Shown here one piece after another: positions 1 to 13,394 of a stretch of DNA of 64,000 bases; within the stretch, counting starts at the first letter, position 1; each line of letters opens with the position of its first letter. Made by a program: the position numbers and the translations under genes. The notes beneath the pieces were generated by a model that was given only the letters and a program-made list of their open reading frames with translations, made no database searches and was not told the DNA's origin. The stretch comes from Lingula anatina (lineage: Eukaryota; Animalia; Brachiopoda): the NCBI GenBank assembly GCA_051362555.1, contig CM120647.1, positions 4,526,001 to 4,590,000 on the forward strand, in the 5' to 3' direction.

Positions 1-286
1 AAAATGCGCTGCAAATGTGTAAGAAGAAATTCACCATGCAAGTGAGTTACTGGTTTAAATTTGAAAGGGTTTGAACGCTCCCCGCAGTCTTGCTGCAAAT
101 GTCAAGTGCTCTTGCGCACTGGCAGCGAATTTTTGCAAATTTGATATAAGATTTTTATTTCGTGTTGAAAGTTATCTGGAATTTGCGTTAAAGTTATGTC
201 ACAGCTGTATTAAGATAAGCAGAAAAAAAATGGAAAAGCACTACATCTAGTTCAGCTTTACAAAGGTTTTAAAACCCTATACTTAC

Positions 287-393
287 CAAATATCCACCTT
301 CACCTACGAGTCCCTTTACGATGCAGATTATTTCCCTGGTCTGTTAACATAACACCCCACAGACAAACGAACTGCCTTCTTTATCGTTATATA
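287..393 (-). promoter_or_regulatory. Putative TATA box and short non-coding first exon of a gene continuing beyond the window start
   Basis: Minus-strand TATATAA at 393-387, followed about 100 bp downstream by a consensus donor TTG|GTAAGT (exon end 287). GATA-like sites lie nearby. No ORF. Confidence 0.3.
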
Positions 394-1298
394 AAGCTGT
401 CAGGTGTTTTATAGTCAATTAATATCCAAAGCGATAAGATATGTACGTTTATCGTCTGGTTTTGCCATTTGACATTTTGATAGTCTTCTTACACGTGTCA
501 ATTCAACAGTAATATTTTAGAAAGTTCATTTAAAAGCTTGGCAGGGGAGATTTAAGCTTACACGCTACCTAACCTAGAACAATTATTCGAATGTCAGTTT
601 TTTTTATTAGTCTAACTTTGATTTGTTTACAAAAGTTAAATTTAAAGCGACAGTGTTTGTGGCTTATCCCACGTAGCGCAAATAAATGTGTATAAAATCC
701 CACCACATTTAGTGTCGCGGTTTTGACATCATTTTAATTTATAGTTTATTCTATACGTAATACATTTTACTCATTTTTTAAAATTAAATTTGAGGATGTA
801 TGGACTCCATGAAAGAGGTTTTGCATGGTCTCTGGATAAGATAATAAAATATAATTTTTTTTCACTTAAATGATATCAATCTGCATGATGATGATTCGAT
901 CCAGTACCTGATGGACCTTGGTTACGTAAAACTACATTTAGTATAATTAATTGTGTTTATGTAGGAAATGGTTTGTTTTTAGTTGTGGTAATACCTTTGA
1001 TAATAATACATAAACGCTTTGTTTATATGAAATAATCTTAGTTTGGTTCTTGTGTCTGCACATTTTGACCTTAAGTATATAGATGTACATTCATTGAAAA
1101 ACTCACGTGTGATAAGAATACACCAAACGTGCATAAAACTAGTTTAATTGACTACATAAAAACATTATAATTTTAAATAGGTATAAGTTACTGAATATTG
1201 CATTTAAGCAAATAACGTGCGAATGATAAACCTATTTATTGACTGGCTATTATTAATTCCCTTTATCATCAAAGATGCATTACGTCGTAAAACACCGT

Positions 1299-1404
1299 GC
1301 AGTTCATGTCCAGCAAACACAGAATGTTACTATAACGTTAGCGTTACGTTATGTAAACGTTGTGGTAACGTTATAATAGCGTTTGTGTTTGCTGGGTGAA
1401 CTGC
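1299..1404. mobile_element. Small palindromic MITE (CCAGCAAACAC...GTGTTTGCTGG family with AACGTT repeats)
   Basis: Terminal inverted repeats and internal AACGTT palindromes. Related copies at about 13255-13340, 34468-34566 and 43560-43660. Confidence 0.6.
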
Positions 1405-1690
1405 GCCTGGGCCCAGTCACACATAAAAAACGTAAGTCAGTTCCCTGGCTAGTTGACCAGGATTTCTATTAGAGTGCTGAAACACTGTTCCTGATAGGGT
1501 AAGATGTATCCATGTTCCATGTCCTTTTTTTGTGAATCTGGGGCCTGGGCTAATAATGGTACATACAAATGTATTAACGTTCATTAATTATTTTAAATGA
1601 CATATGTAAATAAACAGTATTCAATTAAATGCGAAGACACCTGTTGTCCTTTATACACGTGTGTTGTTTCCAAAATCAAAATCACTTGAT

Positions 1691-4600
1691 TTAATATTTA
1701 AGAACAGCGTAGGCGGGTTGGGTTTCTTCAGCTTGGTAAGGTTTTTCATAAAGGTTATTTTCCTGAAAAGAGACAAATTATTATATCATTTAATCATGTC
1801 TTGTATTAATATAAGCACGCCGTGTCGTTGTCTCCTTTCAAATACTTTTTCTATTTAGTCATCCAGATCCATTTAATACTCTTGGAATCCAAACACGTTG
1901 CAGGAGGCCTGATTATGATGTTGAAAAATTAACCTTGGAAGTATCAGTACTCGAGTTATCAATCACTTCTTGCTTACTTACCTCTCTACTCTGTATAACA
2001 GATAACTCATTGGTGACAGTTTCTCGACCCATGCCATCATTCCTGTTTGCTACAACGAGAAACACACATGGTAAGCATAATCGGGTAGTTAAAATGTGTC
2101 ATCAAGTGACGAGAAGTACTGTAGGGCATCATGCATATACGGTATTAGCATATTTTAGTTGGTTTAGTAATTCAGTTAAATTTTTTTTTATCTTAAATTA
2201 ACTTAGGATACTATTATAATCACCGTTATTGTGATTTCGGTTTCTTCGGCTGAAATACAGGAATACAAAAACACCGGTGACGGCAACCAATACGACTGCA
2301 GTTATCACGCCAACCACCACTCCAACAGGGAAACTGCCTTGCGCCGTTTGTGCTTCTACAATAAAGTTAAATACAGTATAGTATAGTATAGTATAGTATA
2401 GTATAGTATAGTCCAAGCATACGAAAAATAAAGCTAGTTTGCGTCCAGTTAAATAAAGGGCGTTTAGCACTATTTATCCACTGTATAAGCGTAACCATGC
2501 AGTGGCTAAATCATTATCTCACACAAAGCATCATTTAAGATTACTGACAAACCTAAGAGGAATTTGCTACATCTATCCATCTTTTAAGAAATATAAACTA
2601 TCTGGCAGGGACGTGTAAATTTAGCTAACCATTTTGGAGATTTAACCGTCTGTTAGCGCTAAACACCGTTTATGAAACATGGTTAAAAACGTTAAATGTT
2701 GTATTTAAACGTTGGTTGGTGTTGAACGGCTTTTATAAAACTAGGACCAGGGCCCAGTTTCATAAAGGACGTTTAGCACTAACCAGTGCTTAAGCTTAAC
2801 CAGTGGATAAATTCTCCTAACACCATTAACTAAAGGATGGTCAAATTGTGTTTCATATACAGTCTTCCGGCGGAAAACAGCCAATTAGTTAACTGGCCAG
2901 TGTTTAACTGGATTAAATAATTATTTAAAGGTCAGTTAACTAACAGACTGTTTAGGTCTGGTTAGAGTTAAACAATGGTTAGTGCTAAACATCCTTTATA
3001 AAACTGGGCCCTGATGTTTAACAGGTAGTCTAGATGCAAAAGCAGCCCATTTTGTTTATTATAAGAGATAAATACTTCCTATAGGAGACGGATAACAATA
3101 AACTGGTGACATGAAGTATGAGATATTTACAAAAAGCTCGATCTAAATATCTATGGGAATGGGGTCTAAGCGACAAGCTTTTTGTGTAAAGTGGTGTGTG
3201 TCTATTCCCATAGATTTTAGATCAATCTATCCCCGTGGGGAGTCCACTAGATTACTGTCAGCTTGGCCGACTTAAGCGTCTGTCCCGCCTACTAAAAGCT
3301 GTAAGGGGGTAATTAACTATGGTGCCCGCTCGGCTGACTGCAATTTAGCGTGAACCCTCAGGGAGTTAGGTCGATCTAAAACTTAATCTTTAGATCGATC
3401 TAAATCTTTGGGAAAGCACCCTGTCTGAAGCTCATGTTAAGTACACACAAATCATACACACCTTGCTTAATAAGCAATGAAGAGACCACAGCATCGTCCC
3501 CCTGGTACACAATCAGAGAGAACTCATACTGATGACCATCATCAGGCAATGTGATATTAGCTGATGTGACTGTTACATTGGTTATATTGTGGGAAGCACA
3601 CTGGTTTGTTCCTTGAACACAGTACTGTATTCCATAACCTGCGAATTCTCCTTCAGGAAGGGACCATTTGATTGTAGCAATGTTTCTTTTGACATCCACT
3701 GATAGAGACGATTCAGCAATAACTGGTTTAGCTACAGTAAAGTTATATCTTTTAAAGAGTATTTCAGCAGTATGTGTGTAAAAATCGAGTCTTTTTGTAA
3801 ATTTGTCTTAAACTATAGTCTTGCAATTTCATTTTGCTAGTGAAAAATGCATTCTGGATTAGTACACATAATACAATTTGCAGCAAAAATGTTAAACAGA
3901 TTTATTACATTTGGTCTATCATGTCTCTACATATTAAAACTACATATTGTGCTTGAGGTAACAGGGTTTACTTACATTTAGTCTGCACTACAAGTTCATA
4001 AGAATAGCCCCCACTCCCATCCTTATTCCTTGATTCCACTCTAAATCTATATTGAGTGTCAGCTTGTAAATTCTGTACTTTATAACTACGTCTCCGTTTG
4101 TACCCAGGGTCTTCTATGTTGGTTATGGATTGCCAGTCTTCACCAGGTGCCTTATACTGTATAGTAAATGTCTGTTCATATCCTCCATTTTTGTTTGATG
4201 TCCACTGAACAGTGACAGATACTGCAGACACCTTAAGGGCAGAAATATCGGTGGGTGGGTCGGGTTTCCCTGCAAATAAGGTGAATAAACAAATTGAAAT
4301 AAACAAATTGGTGAAATTGACAACGCCTGCCTATGTTTACCGTCTGGTTAATTTTATTTAATTTTCATTTCTGGTGTCGTTTTGAGAAATTGTATTGGGA
4401 ATATTCTGTAGAGGCAAGATGTTTTGTTCGTGTTCTAGTATAATGTTAAACCAATTAAAATTATTGAACATGCATCATCCGAAGTTCTCTTCTCACCTCT
4501 CATTTCTAAAATGAATGTAAATCCTCTCTCCCCTGCTGCATTCTTCACAACGCATGTATACGTTCCAATGTCTTCGCCCCCCAGGTGTGGTATTGTTAAT

Positions 4601-6648
4601 GTGGATATCTGATTATCAATATCGTGTCCTGGTACAGCATTTGCAGGAAGACTTCCATTTACTCTCATCCAGGTAGAACTGGTTGGTTTTGGATTTCCCA
4701 CCACATATAAAGTAAAGAGACCCACTGAGCCAATGTCTGCAGCCACTTCTCTCACTGATACTTTTGTGGGGTGTAGTTCTGCACGGTCTGAAATGATTAA
4801 AACATGGAATCAGATCTATTAGATGCTATACAACTAAAATAAAAAACATTCTATTGACACTAGGCCACTGTTACGGTCACGCTGTAATGCCTTGAATACA
4901 AACTGTTCATAATTAAAGGGCGGTCCTCGGCGAGCGTAGCCTGTGACCGTACACATACATTTTTCTTTGAACCACGGCTGGACATTTTAGCAGACATGAA
5001 ACAGATAGCAATGAGAGCAAGGTTTAGTTGTATGTAGTTCATGTGCAATTATATACATTTATGTTGCTTAAAATCATTCATATGTGAAATAAATGACACC
5101 GTTTCATTTACTTACACTGTACATTGATATAGAAAGAACTCTTTGCGACAGCTCCCACACCATTACTGGCTGTACAGCTGTAGTAGCCATGGTCAGTTCT
5201 TGTCACTTTGTCCCCAGTACGGCCTGGTCCAGCTAGTGTCAAGGTACTGGTGACAGTGTCATATCGTGTGACACCATTCAACTGTGGTGTGTTCTGTACT
5301 GTGTATAGCTGACTGTTTACATCCTGGTCGCCACGTGTCCACGTGACTGTTGGTACTGGTTTTCCTCGGGCACCACACGTCAACTGTACTGAGACATCAC
5401 TTTCGTTGACTGTCAGGTTCTGCGGGTTACTTTGTATTGTGCTTGGGGCTGTGTGATGATAGTATAATATACGCACGTTTATGACAGTGTTTAGAAATAC
5501 CGGATTGTAATTTAAAGTTGCTTTTCGTGATTTCTCTCAGTGTTTGCAACATTTTTCTGAGGCATAATCTAAATCTAAACGTACAATTTTGCACATTAAA
5601 ATGACAGCTTTAATGTCATATGTAATAATTCATTATCATGGATACACATGCAACTTTAAAACAAGTCACGAGGTAGGGTACCCCGGGTTAGACTCAAAGG
5701 TTCAGCAAATACTTTAATTAAACAACTAAATATTTTGAACAAACACCTCTTTCCGTATCAGTAACTGATATAATAGAGAAGTGAGAATCCAGAGTGATGT
5801 ACAATGTATTTGGAAAAAATACCAATACAAGGATAACTCAAAGTTTAATTAACCACGAAGTTTCTCAACAATTGCAGTAATATGGTGCAAAATTTCTACT
5901 CATCAGAGAGCATTCATTAATTTGATATAAAATGGTAACTACTGTACATACCATGCACATGTAACGTCATTGTAGCAGGGTTACCTCTGCCTATTGCATT
6001 GGATGGTCTACAATGATATGTGCCAGAGTCTGTCAGAGCTGTCTGAGATATCCAGTAACTTGCTGCTTGTCTGCTTGAATCAGTGGAACTGTGGACATAC
6101 CAGTCAAAGGATGTAGCCTGTGGATTGCCCTTATCAGTGAATTCACAGTTTAGAGTATGTGGCTGACCCTCAACTGCTGTCACAGTGGTGCTAGATTGAC
6201 CACCGTCCACGGTGGCTCTGCCAGGGGGATCTGGAGTAGACATATGTTTGGAAACCATGAATGTAATGTTATGATACAGATATGATACAGGTGAAATGCA
6301 GCACACATAGGCCTACCATCAAATTGTAAATTGGGTAATGAATTTTATAGTATGCATTTCATGTGTCACTGTAGTTCACTTCGGTATTCCAGGTTGATAC
6401 TTACTAAACATTTAAACAGCCCGTAGATTGTCGTAACACCTGTTTATCAGACGACAAGTTTAATATATAATTTTCATGTAATACTGTACAATATATGTAC
6501 ATAATAAGAGCCAAGCAGTCTGTGGATTGCATATGGATATGTCGGATTGACAGTTGATCGTTTCTTTCGAGTATCATTGATCTATCATGATTTTTAACCA
6601 AAAGAAAAGGTTCCAATCAATTTAACGAACATAAAAAAATTAATCGGC

Positions 6649-6702
<54 letters not shown>

Positions 6703-9676
6703 CTTACATTCCATAGTTGTGACCAAAGATCCCTTAGCATCAATGTAAATACATTTTGCACATTCATAAGCTCAACAAAAGTTATCAACACGGCAAACCA
6801 AAGTACAGCTCCCAAGTACTTGCTTGTAAGTGTTTTATGCACCACAACTTAACTCTCTAAGAACAAATGTTCTTTCTAAGTATATTGGACTGTGCATGAC
6901 GTAAATAATGCATTCCATTCTTTTTAAATTAGAAAGATTCACACATACATGCACATATATACGTTGCACAATAGATGTGTTACTATATGTTGTAAAGTTG
7001 TTAAGGCTAACACTTTCACTGGTTGCAAGAAACAACTGTATCAAATGAGGGAAAGGATGAGGAATTATTTGAGAGTAAGTTAAATTTCTTTAAGATTCAA
7101 CAAGAAAGAAATTGTAGAAACTGTCCCAGTGGTAGAAAAAGAGGGAACATGTCAAAAGTCTCATATATAGTTCCATTTGATTGGTTAATTCCTCAAAAGA
7201 TTTGCAAGTTTCTGCCACATGCAAACTAAATTCGGATATGGTCCAGGCATGAGTAATTATAATAATATTTTTAATATTTTTAATGGTTTCAATTGAAAAC
7301 AAATCTCTTAGAAATTACTTAATAAGGGAATGGTGAACGGAGGTTTGCAACGTGACAATGGAAAATTCCTTATAATCACGCAAAGACAATGGAAAGAAAA
7401 TCAGTAAATGCGTGATCAGTACGGAGAAATGAAATATAAATACTTGTGAATTTGAATGTAAAAAGAGGGTCGTTGAATAAATGTTTGAAAACCCCAGAAT
7501 GTCGTTATTGGCACTATAATACACATAAAGATATATGTATTGAGTTGGTTATATACTTACACTGAACATCCAGAGTCACGCTATCTGATGTATTGGCTCC
7601 TGCTGCATTCTGTACACTACACTGATATGGTCCTTGTTGTGATCTCTGTATACTGGGTATGGTCAGTATACTGAAGGTGTTAGCACTGTCAGGTGTACCA
7701 GTGAGTGAAGTACTACCTCTACCCCAGGTGTATACAAGCGGTGGAGTACCTGTAGCTGACATACACTTCAGTCTGGGATAGTCGCCTTCACTAACAGTAA
7801 ATCCTGTAGACTGGTAACGTGTGATCACAGATTTAGATGGAGGAACTGAAATAAATGATTAATAAAGGGAGTGAGGGTGTAAAACAAAGTAAATAGAAGT
7901 ATACACTCGAGAACATGCACTCGCACTTGTACTGACGGTGCCAGTGACTGCAACTTTCACGTCATGAAGGTAATGAACCCCAACACACACAAAGAGAGAA
8001 AACAAAAGAGATATACCGGTTAGAGCCTCAAACATCCCTGCACCTACCTCTCAGCACAATTTGAATCTGTTTATCAGGTATGCTAGTGGAATCGCATCCT
8101 AGGATTAATCGAACTCTACACGTGTAGTTGCCAGCATCCGCTGCTGTTGCTGCTGAAAGCTGCACTGTGGCTGGTTTGATGAAGGTGTATTGACGGTTCC
8201 ACTGGTCTAGTGTGGCATCGTCTATGATATTGTCGTTATGCAATACCAACTCTAAGGCAAGTCCTAAAGGATTTCTCCATGCGATTACATACAAATAGTT
8301 GGAAGGCTGGTAGTTGGCAGTAAAGCTACAGTCTACGGTGAACTGTCCACCTTCATTGGCATATTGGCGCTCTGGCGCTTGCCATTGGAAATTACAAGGT
8401 GCAGCCTGGACATACAGCGCTAAAAGAATTTCATGTTTGGTGTAAGGTGTAATATATCAGAGAGAGAGAGAGAGAGAGAGATAGAGAGAGACTGACTGAC
8501 TGTGGAATCAAATGTCAATGTCGCAAAGGCCTCTGCGTTTGCGTAATTTGTCGTTTTATTGTGTCTTTCGTGTAATGAAACATGGCGCCAAGTTTGGGTT
8601 GCTAGTCACAATAGTATATAATAAAAGCTATAACCAAAAACATGGAAGCTTATAATAGTTCTGGACCCCGTATCTCGAAAGCTTCGCTATGTTGTGCAAT
8701 TGCACCCACCTGCTATCTCGAACCCTTAGCAAACGCAACGCAAGTACAACCTCAAACTCTACTAAAATTCGATTGCCGCATAAAGATAAGACGTCATAAG
8801 ACAATTACACAAACTATTTTTTTTTCACCATGACGCTAATCAAGAGATTGATTTAATTTACAGGAATATCATAATTACAAATACTGATATTTGAAGTGTT
8901 TGACACCAATAAAATGTCAAAAAACAATTCAATAAGCGAAGCTTGGACTGACAGAATTACTGACACATTGGTGAGAAGTGTTCAGTCTCACAATAATAGA
9001 CATTGAGGAAGGTCACGGTGCGACCGAATGCTTTGTTTCTGCTTTTTCATTTTGAGTAGAAAATGACACTTCAAATTTTATGATTATTATCAATAGACTA
9101 CACAGATGAATTATATTCATCAGAAAAAAATAAAATGATGTATGAAATGTTTAATTTTGAATTTTTTATGCATAATAAAACATGACTTTTAAAAGCATTC
9201 TCCACGTGAATGTTTACCGCAAGTTTTTCCATCAGAGGTACCGAGTGATTCAATCTTTTATAAGCTCCCATGTTTTTGTTATAGCTTTTGCTATATGCTT
9301 TTATGACAAGCAGCCCAAACTTGCCGCCATGTTTAATTACATGAAAGACATATTAAAATGACGAATTATGCATACGCAGAAGCCTTTGCGACTAGTTTGT
9401 ACCGCCGCAAATAATAGCCTTGAAGCTAATGGTGATTTCGCCATCAGCGCACGGCCGCGATTTGCGAAGCTTTCGAGATATGGGATAGCGCACGCTCGCC
9501 ATGCTTGTGCACGCTCGGCATAAGCGAAGCTTTCGAGATACGGGGCCCAGGTCACATTTGGGTGGTAGACGGGATGCACAATGTGTCCTTTCAGCGTAAA
9601 GGGGCTTAGGTCAAGGTTAAGTTTTACCTGTTACAATGGAAATCGCTGAAAACCACCCAGTAGCAGCTCCCGCCAT
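1691..9676 (-). CDS. Ig-superfamily type I membrane receptor/adhesion molecule: signal peptide, V-type Ig, 4 further Ig, 2 FN3, TM, Tyr-motif tail (818 aa as assembled)
   Basis: Exons (minus): 9676-9628 (MAGAATGWFSAISIVT, signal peptide), 8419-8048 (V-Ig: VDC...IAW...DAGNYTC), 7845-7561, 6230-5952, 5448-5116, 4787-4497 (Ig), 4269-3976, 3731-3462 (FN3), 2355-2212 (TM followed by SRRNR), 2049-1982, 1762-1691 (ENNLYEKPYQAEETQPAYAVLKY*). All junctions are GT-AG, with one domain per phase-1 exon; total 2457 nt. Confidence 0.88.
2750..3011. mobile_element. PIF/Harbinger-type MITE
   Basis: About 35-bp TIR GGGCCCAGTTTCATAAAGGACGTTTAGCACTAACCA / TGGTTAGTGCTAAACATCCTTTATAAAACTGGGCCC in CWG context. 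An older degenerate relative lies immediately to the left (about 2441-2747). Confidence 0.8.
3204..3421. mobile_element. MITE, same family as 51223-51447
   Basis: Closely similar to 51223-51447 (core AGCGTCTGTCCCGCCTACTAAAAGCTGTAAGGGGGTAATTAACT). An inverted end fragment lies at about 3136-3168. Confidence 0.7.
6653..6699. repeat. (TAA)n microsatellite
   Basis: Direct reading. Confidence 0.95.
8664..9547. mobile_element. Non-autonomous Harbinger-like element in intron 1 of the Ig gene
   Basis: Imperfect TIR GACCCCGTATCTCGAAAGCTTCGC / GCGAAGCTTTCGAGATACGGGGCC, flanked by CTG and CAG. Confidence 0.65.
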
Positions 9677-10258
9677 GACTTGATGACGTCAAACTGCCAC
9701 CTTCCTTAAAACGTAAATATTCTCGAGTTCAGCTATGTGGCCATACTTGCTATGGAATTAAAATTTATTTCTTTTAAAACCATGGTGCAAACAGCATTTC
9801 ATTTAGTTTTTGGTATCCTTCAATTCCGCTTGCTATGAATGTGTGGCTTACATGCATCAGCATACCCTTTACTACACCAGGGAATATGTGCCATGTACAT
9901 ACTGAAATATGAATTCACTGCAACGGATTCAATTTAACATATAAACCGGTCAACAACTGGCATATTTAATCGTTGCAGTAGTAGGCCATTTACATCGAAA
10001 AGTGCACATAAACACCAAACGTACCTGTTTTAACCAGTCACCTCAGTTATTTCTGTCTTACTCTCTGATCTAAATGCTGTGACCTGGCGTGATAACATTT
10101 CTGTTTTACTTCCTGTTTCCAAAGTAGACTATAGTCGGTCGGTGTTTACAGAGTCTTTTACTTAAATGAGAGTGAGGGCTTTTGCTGCACTTAATCGACA
10201 AGAACCGCGCTCTTCTACATGTATCAGTCTTCTGGGACGTCAGTGATATGTTAGTTAT

Positions 10259-10866
10259 ATGATGTTGGTGTAAAAAGCCCTTTTTTACGGTCTGTGTTTT
10301 TCCAAGCTGCTGTAAGATGATCTCAGTTTAACGGACTCACTAGAGTCAACTGAATAGACTGGCACCACATCAACATACTTAAAAAAATACTTAGGTTCAA
10401 CACACTATGTTCATGTTAGTGCAAGACACACACCGTTATAGAAAAACGTTACATACCTACATCAAAGCGTGGGGGTGCAGAGGGCACCTTGTTGTGTTAG
10501 TTGTATAAGCTATGAAACCTAACACAATAACAGATACCCTGTGTACCGAAAATGATGTTGGTGTAAAAAGCCCCTTCACGGCGTGTTTTGTTTTTCCAAG
10601 CTGTTGTAAGATGATCTCAGTTTAACGGACCCACTAGAGTCAGCTTCATCTATAAACCTGTAGTGATCGGAAGCGAGATGGACTAGTACCACCTCAACAT
10701 AATAACACATTATTTTCATGTTTATGAGAGACACACACAGTTTTTGAAAAAATAAAAATAAAAAATAAAAAAATAAAAAAACGTTACAAACCTACATCAG
10801 AGCGTGGGGGTGCAGAGGGCACCCTGTTATGTTAGTTGTATAAGCTATGACACCTAACACAATAAC
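10259..10866 (+). repeat. Direct tandem duplication of about 290 bp upstream of the Ig gene
   Basis: Units start ATGATGTTGGTGTAAAAAGCCC at about 10259 and 10553 and both end near CCTAACACAATAAC. Confidence 0.85.
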
Positions 10867-10933
10867 CGACAGCCGGTGTAACGAAACTGAGGAGCCGTGT
10901 AACAGTAGGTCTTCCCTCCATTTAGTTATAATG

Positions 10934-11121
10934 CAGGCCCGTTGCCGGGGGGGGGGGGGGGGGGGGGGGTCGGGGGGGGGTTCGAAAGAGCCACCCTTTT
11001 TGCTGAGAAAAAGGTCCACTCTGGATGAAATTTTATCTAGGTACATGAAGGTTGTATAGTAAAAGGTCCACTTTTTCAGAAAAAGACACCCCCCCATTTT
11101 AAATTGCTGGCTAAGGACATG
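10934..11121. mobile_element. G-rich MITE with 5-bp TSD (TAATG)
   Basis: Degenerate TIR CAGGCCCGTTGCC / GGCTAAGGACATG. TAATG occurs on both sides (10929-10933, 11122-11126). Confidence 0.65.
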
Positions 11122-13169
11122 TAATGGATAGGATTAGTTTGACCTAAGTGGTTCAAAATCTAGGGCGAGGCCCAATCGTGCACATGAATGGGAGGTGTAC
11201 TCTTTGTTATGGGGAACTCTATGTCACGTTACACATGGACACATGAACATTGATTTGACCTCACATACTTCACTGTGCTAATACTGACACGCAGCATCAC
11301 ATAAGGAGACATGTTAGTGATTGGATGTATTAAACTCAATTTAATTCAGATAATGATCACGATTTTTTATCTGTCAGCCCCGTATGTCATACGTTAACCT
11401 CACAGAAATCGGTCGTTCAACACCGGCGTAGCCCCATCTCAAGTAGTAGAAATTAACATTCATCTCCCCTCAAATATAAAGTAAACGTGTGACTATGTTT
11501 AATTTGTTGTTTAATAGGTTGATTGCCAAAGGCTATCATTGGTAACAGGCAAATGAGTCAGATAAAATATTGTCAGAAAGCGTATTTTCATTTGTTGATA
11601 GAAGAAATGTATTTACCTTTATATTAATGCATGTAGCTGAAGTGGGAAGATTTCTGACTTTTGCTTAGGGAAAAAATCGTTCAAATGCATTTTCATTCAT
11701 AAATGCTCTAGATCTGAATGTGTAGAAAGAAAATAAATTGCATCGAAGTGATTTAAGAGTGCTTTATTTCTAATTTTCTATTCACTGATGGACATTTTCG
11801 TCAAAAAAGTCACTGGCAAAAAAACATATCGATTCTAAAGTGGTTTAACGTTTTTATACCTTTTAGGTATCATAGTAGCAGTAACAACAGGCGTCCTATT
11901 TTACCGAATATTGTTGTTCTACTGTATACGATGGTATTGCACACAAAGAGGCCGTTGAAAATAAACACTATGCGAAATACTTGACATGCCATTACACCCA
12001 CGAGAATTAATTGGAAGCTTTCCAGTATAACTAACCTGCCAAATTTCTGGGTAAAATTGAAACCTTGTTGATATTGTCTGGCCAATATATTGGTCAACCA
12101 TAACTGTAGATGTTAGCACTTTAATGTGACTTCACCGATCTAGTTTTTTGGGGGTCCATTTACCTAACATCACACGGTCATACTTCCATACTAAGAAAGT
12201 TGCTTTGTCATTTTGCCCACACCCTCCCCAATAGCAAATTACTGGATTAGCTAATGATTTACACGATGACCCATTTTTTTAATAAATCGAAACAGTTTCG
12301 GTAATTGGGATACCGTTAAAAAGCTGCACAACAGCTCCATTTAAAACGTGTAAGACCATGTGAATATCAAGTTCCAGATATATCAGAAAACACGTGACCA
12401 ACGTGTTGATCTGGTGAACCAAAGAAACATTTTAATTATATACCCCTAAATGTACTATATACCCCCAATATTATTTACAACAGCAGAAGTTTACTACCAT
12501 TGCACCACATCTTTTTCTCGGCATAATTTGAACGAATTACATTTTTTAGATAACAATATGTGAAAATAGCCTACTGGCGGTTATCAGTGTGCATGCTAAT
12601 GCTAATCAAGCATTTTTTATAGAAATACAGAAGCCCTGAAATCAAGCATAACGTAGCCAATCAAAAGTTTCCATACAAACGACTATAATAAATCTGGCAA
12701 CCATAATTTTCCATGAGGCGGTTGTCTGTTTGTATTTTATAGTCACAAAGTGATATAAAAAGATATATCTTGATACTCCAGTTACCTGCCTATGATTAAT
12801 GATAGATTAAATAATTGCAAAATACAATTCATATCGGTCTGCGTAGGTAAATAAAAAGTGATGCCTTGAGAAATGCTCCACACTAACCTTGAAAGCATGT
12901 TACAATTAGATACATATACTGAATATTTGATTAAATTTTATTTGTGTTGCTATTTGACAATAAAAAAATTTCTCTGAATACAAAATGATATAGTTGATTA
13001 TATAGAATGTAATAACAACAGTCTATTATCAATGATAAAGACGATGGTTTCGAACGAAGACTTCGTTTCTCGAGTACGTGTAACATGTCAGCTGTTATAA
13101 ATCGGGGGTAAAAACTCAACAAAAAATGGAATAAAAAATAAAAATTAATAAATCAAAAATAAAAATAAA

Positions 13170-13255
13170 TTAATAAATAAAATAAAATAAAATAAAATAA
13201 AATAAAATAAAATAAAAATAAAATAAAAATAAAATAAAATAAAACAAAACAAAAC
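13170..13255. repeat. (TAAAA)n/(CAAAA)n tract in the 3' UTR region of the EF-hand gene
   Basis: Direct reading. Confidence 0.9.
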
Positions 13256-13394
13256 AGAACGTTATTAAAAAGTTACCCCAACGTTAATAAAACTAAAAAA
13301 ATGTTATGGTAACGTTTTGATAACGTTCTGTGTTACTGGGTGGTAACCATATGCCGTTGGACCGTCAAGAGGAGTCGTGTTAGAGTCATTTCAT

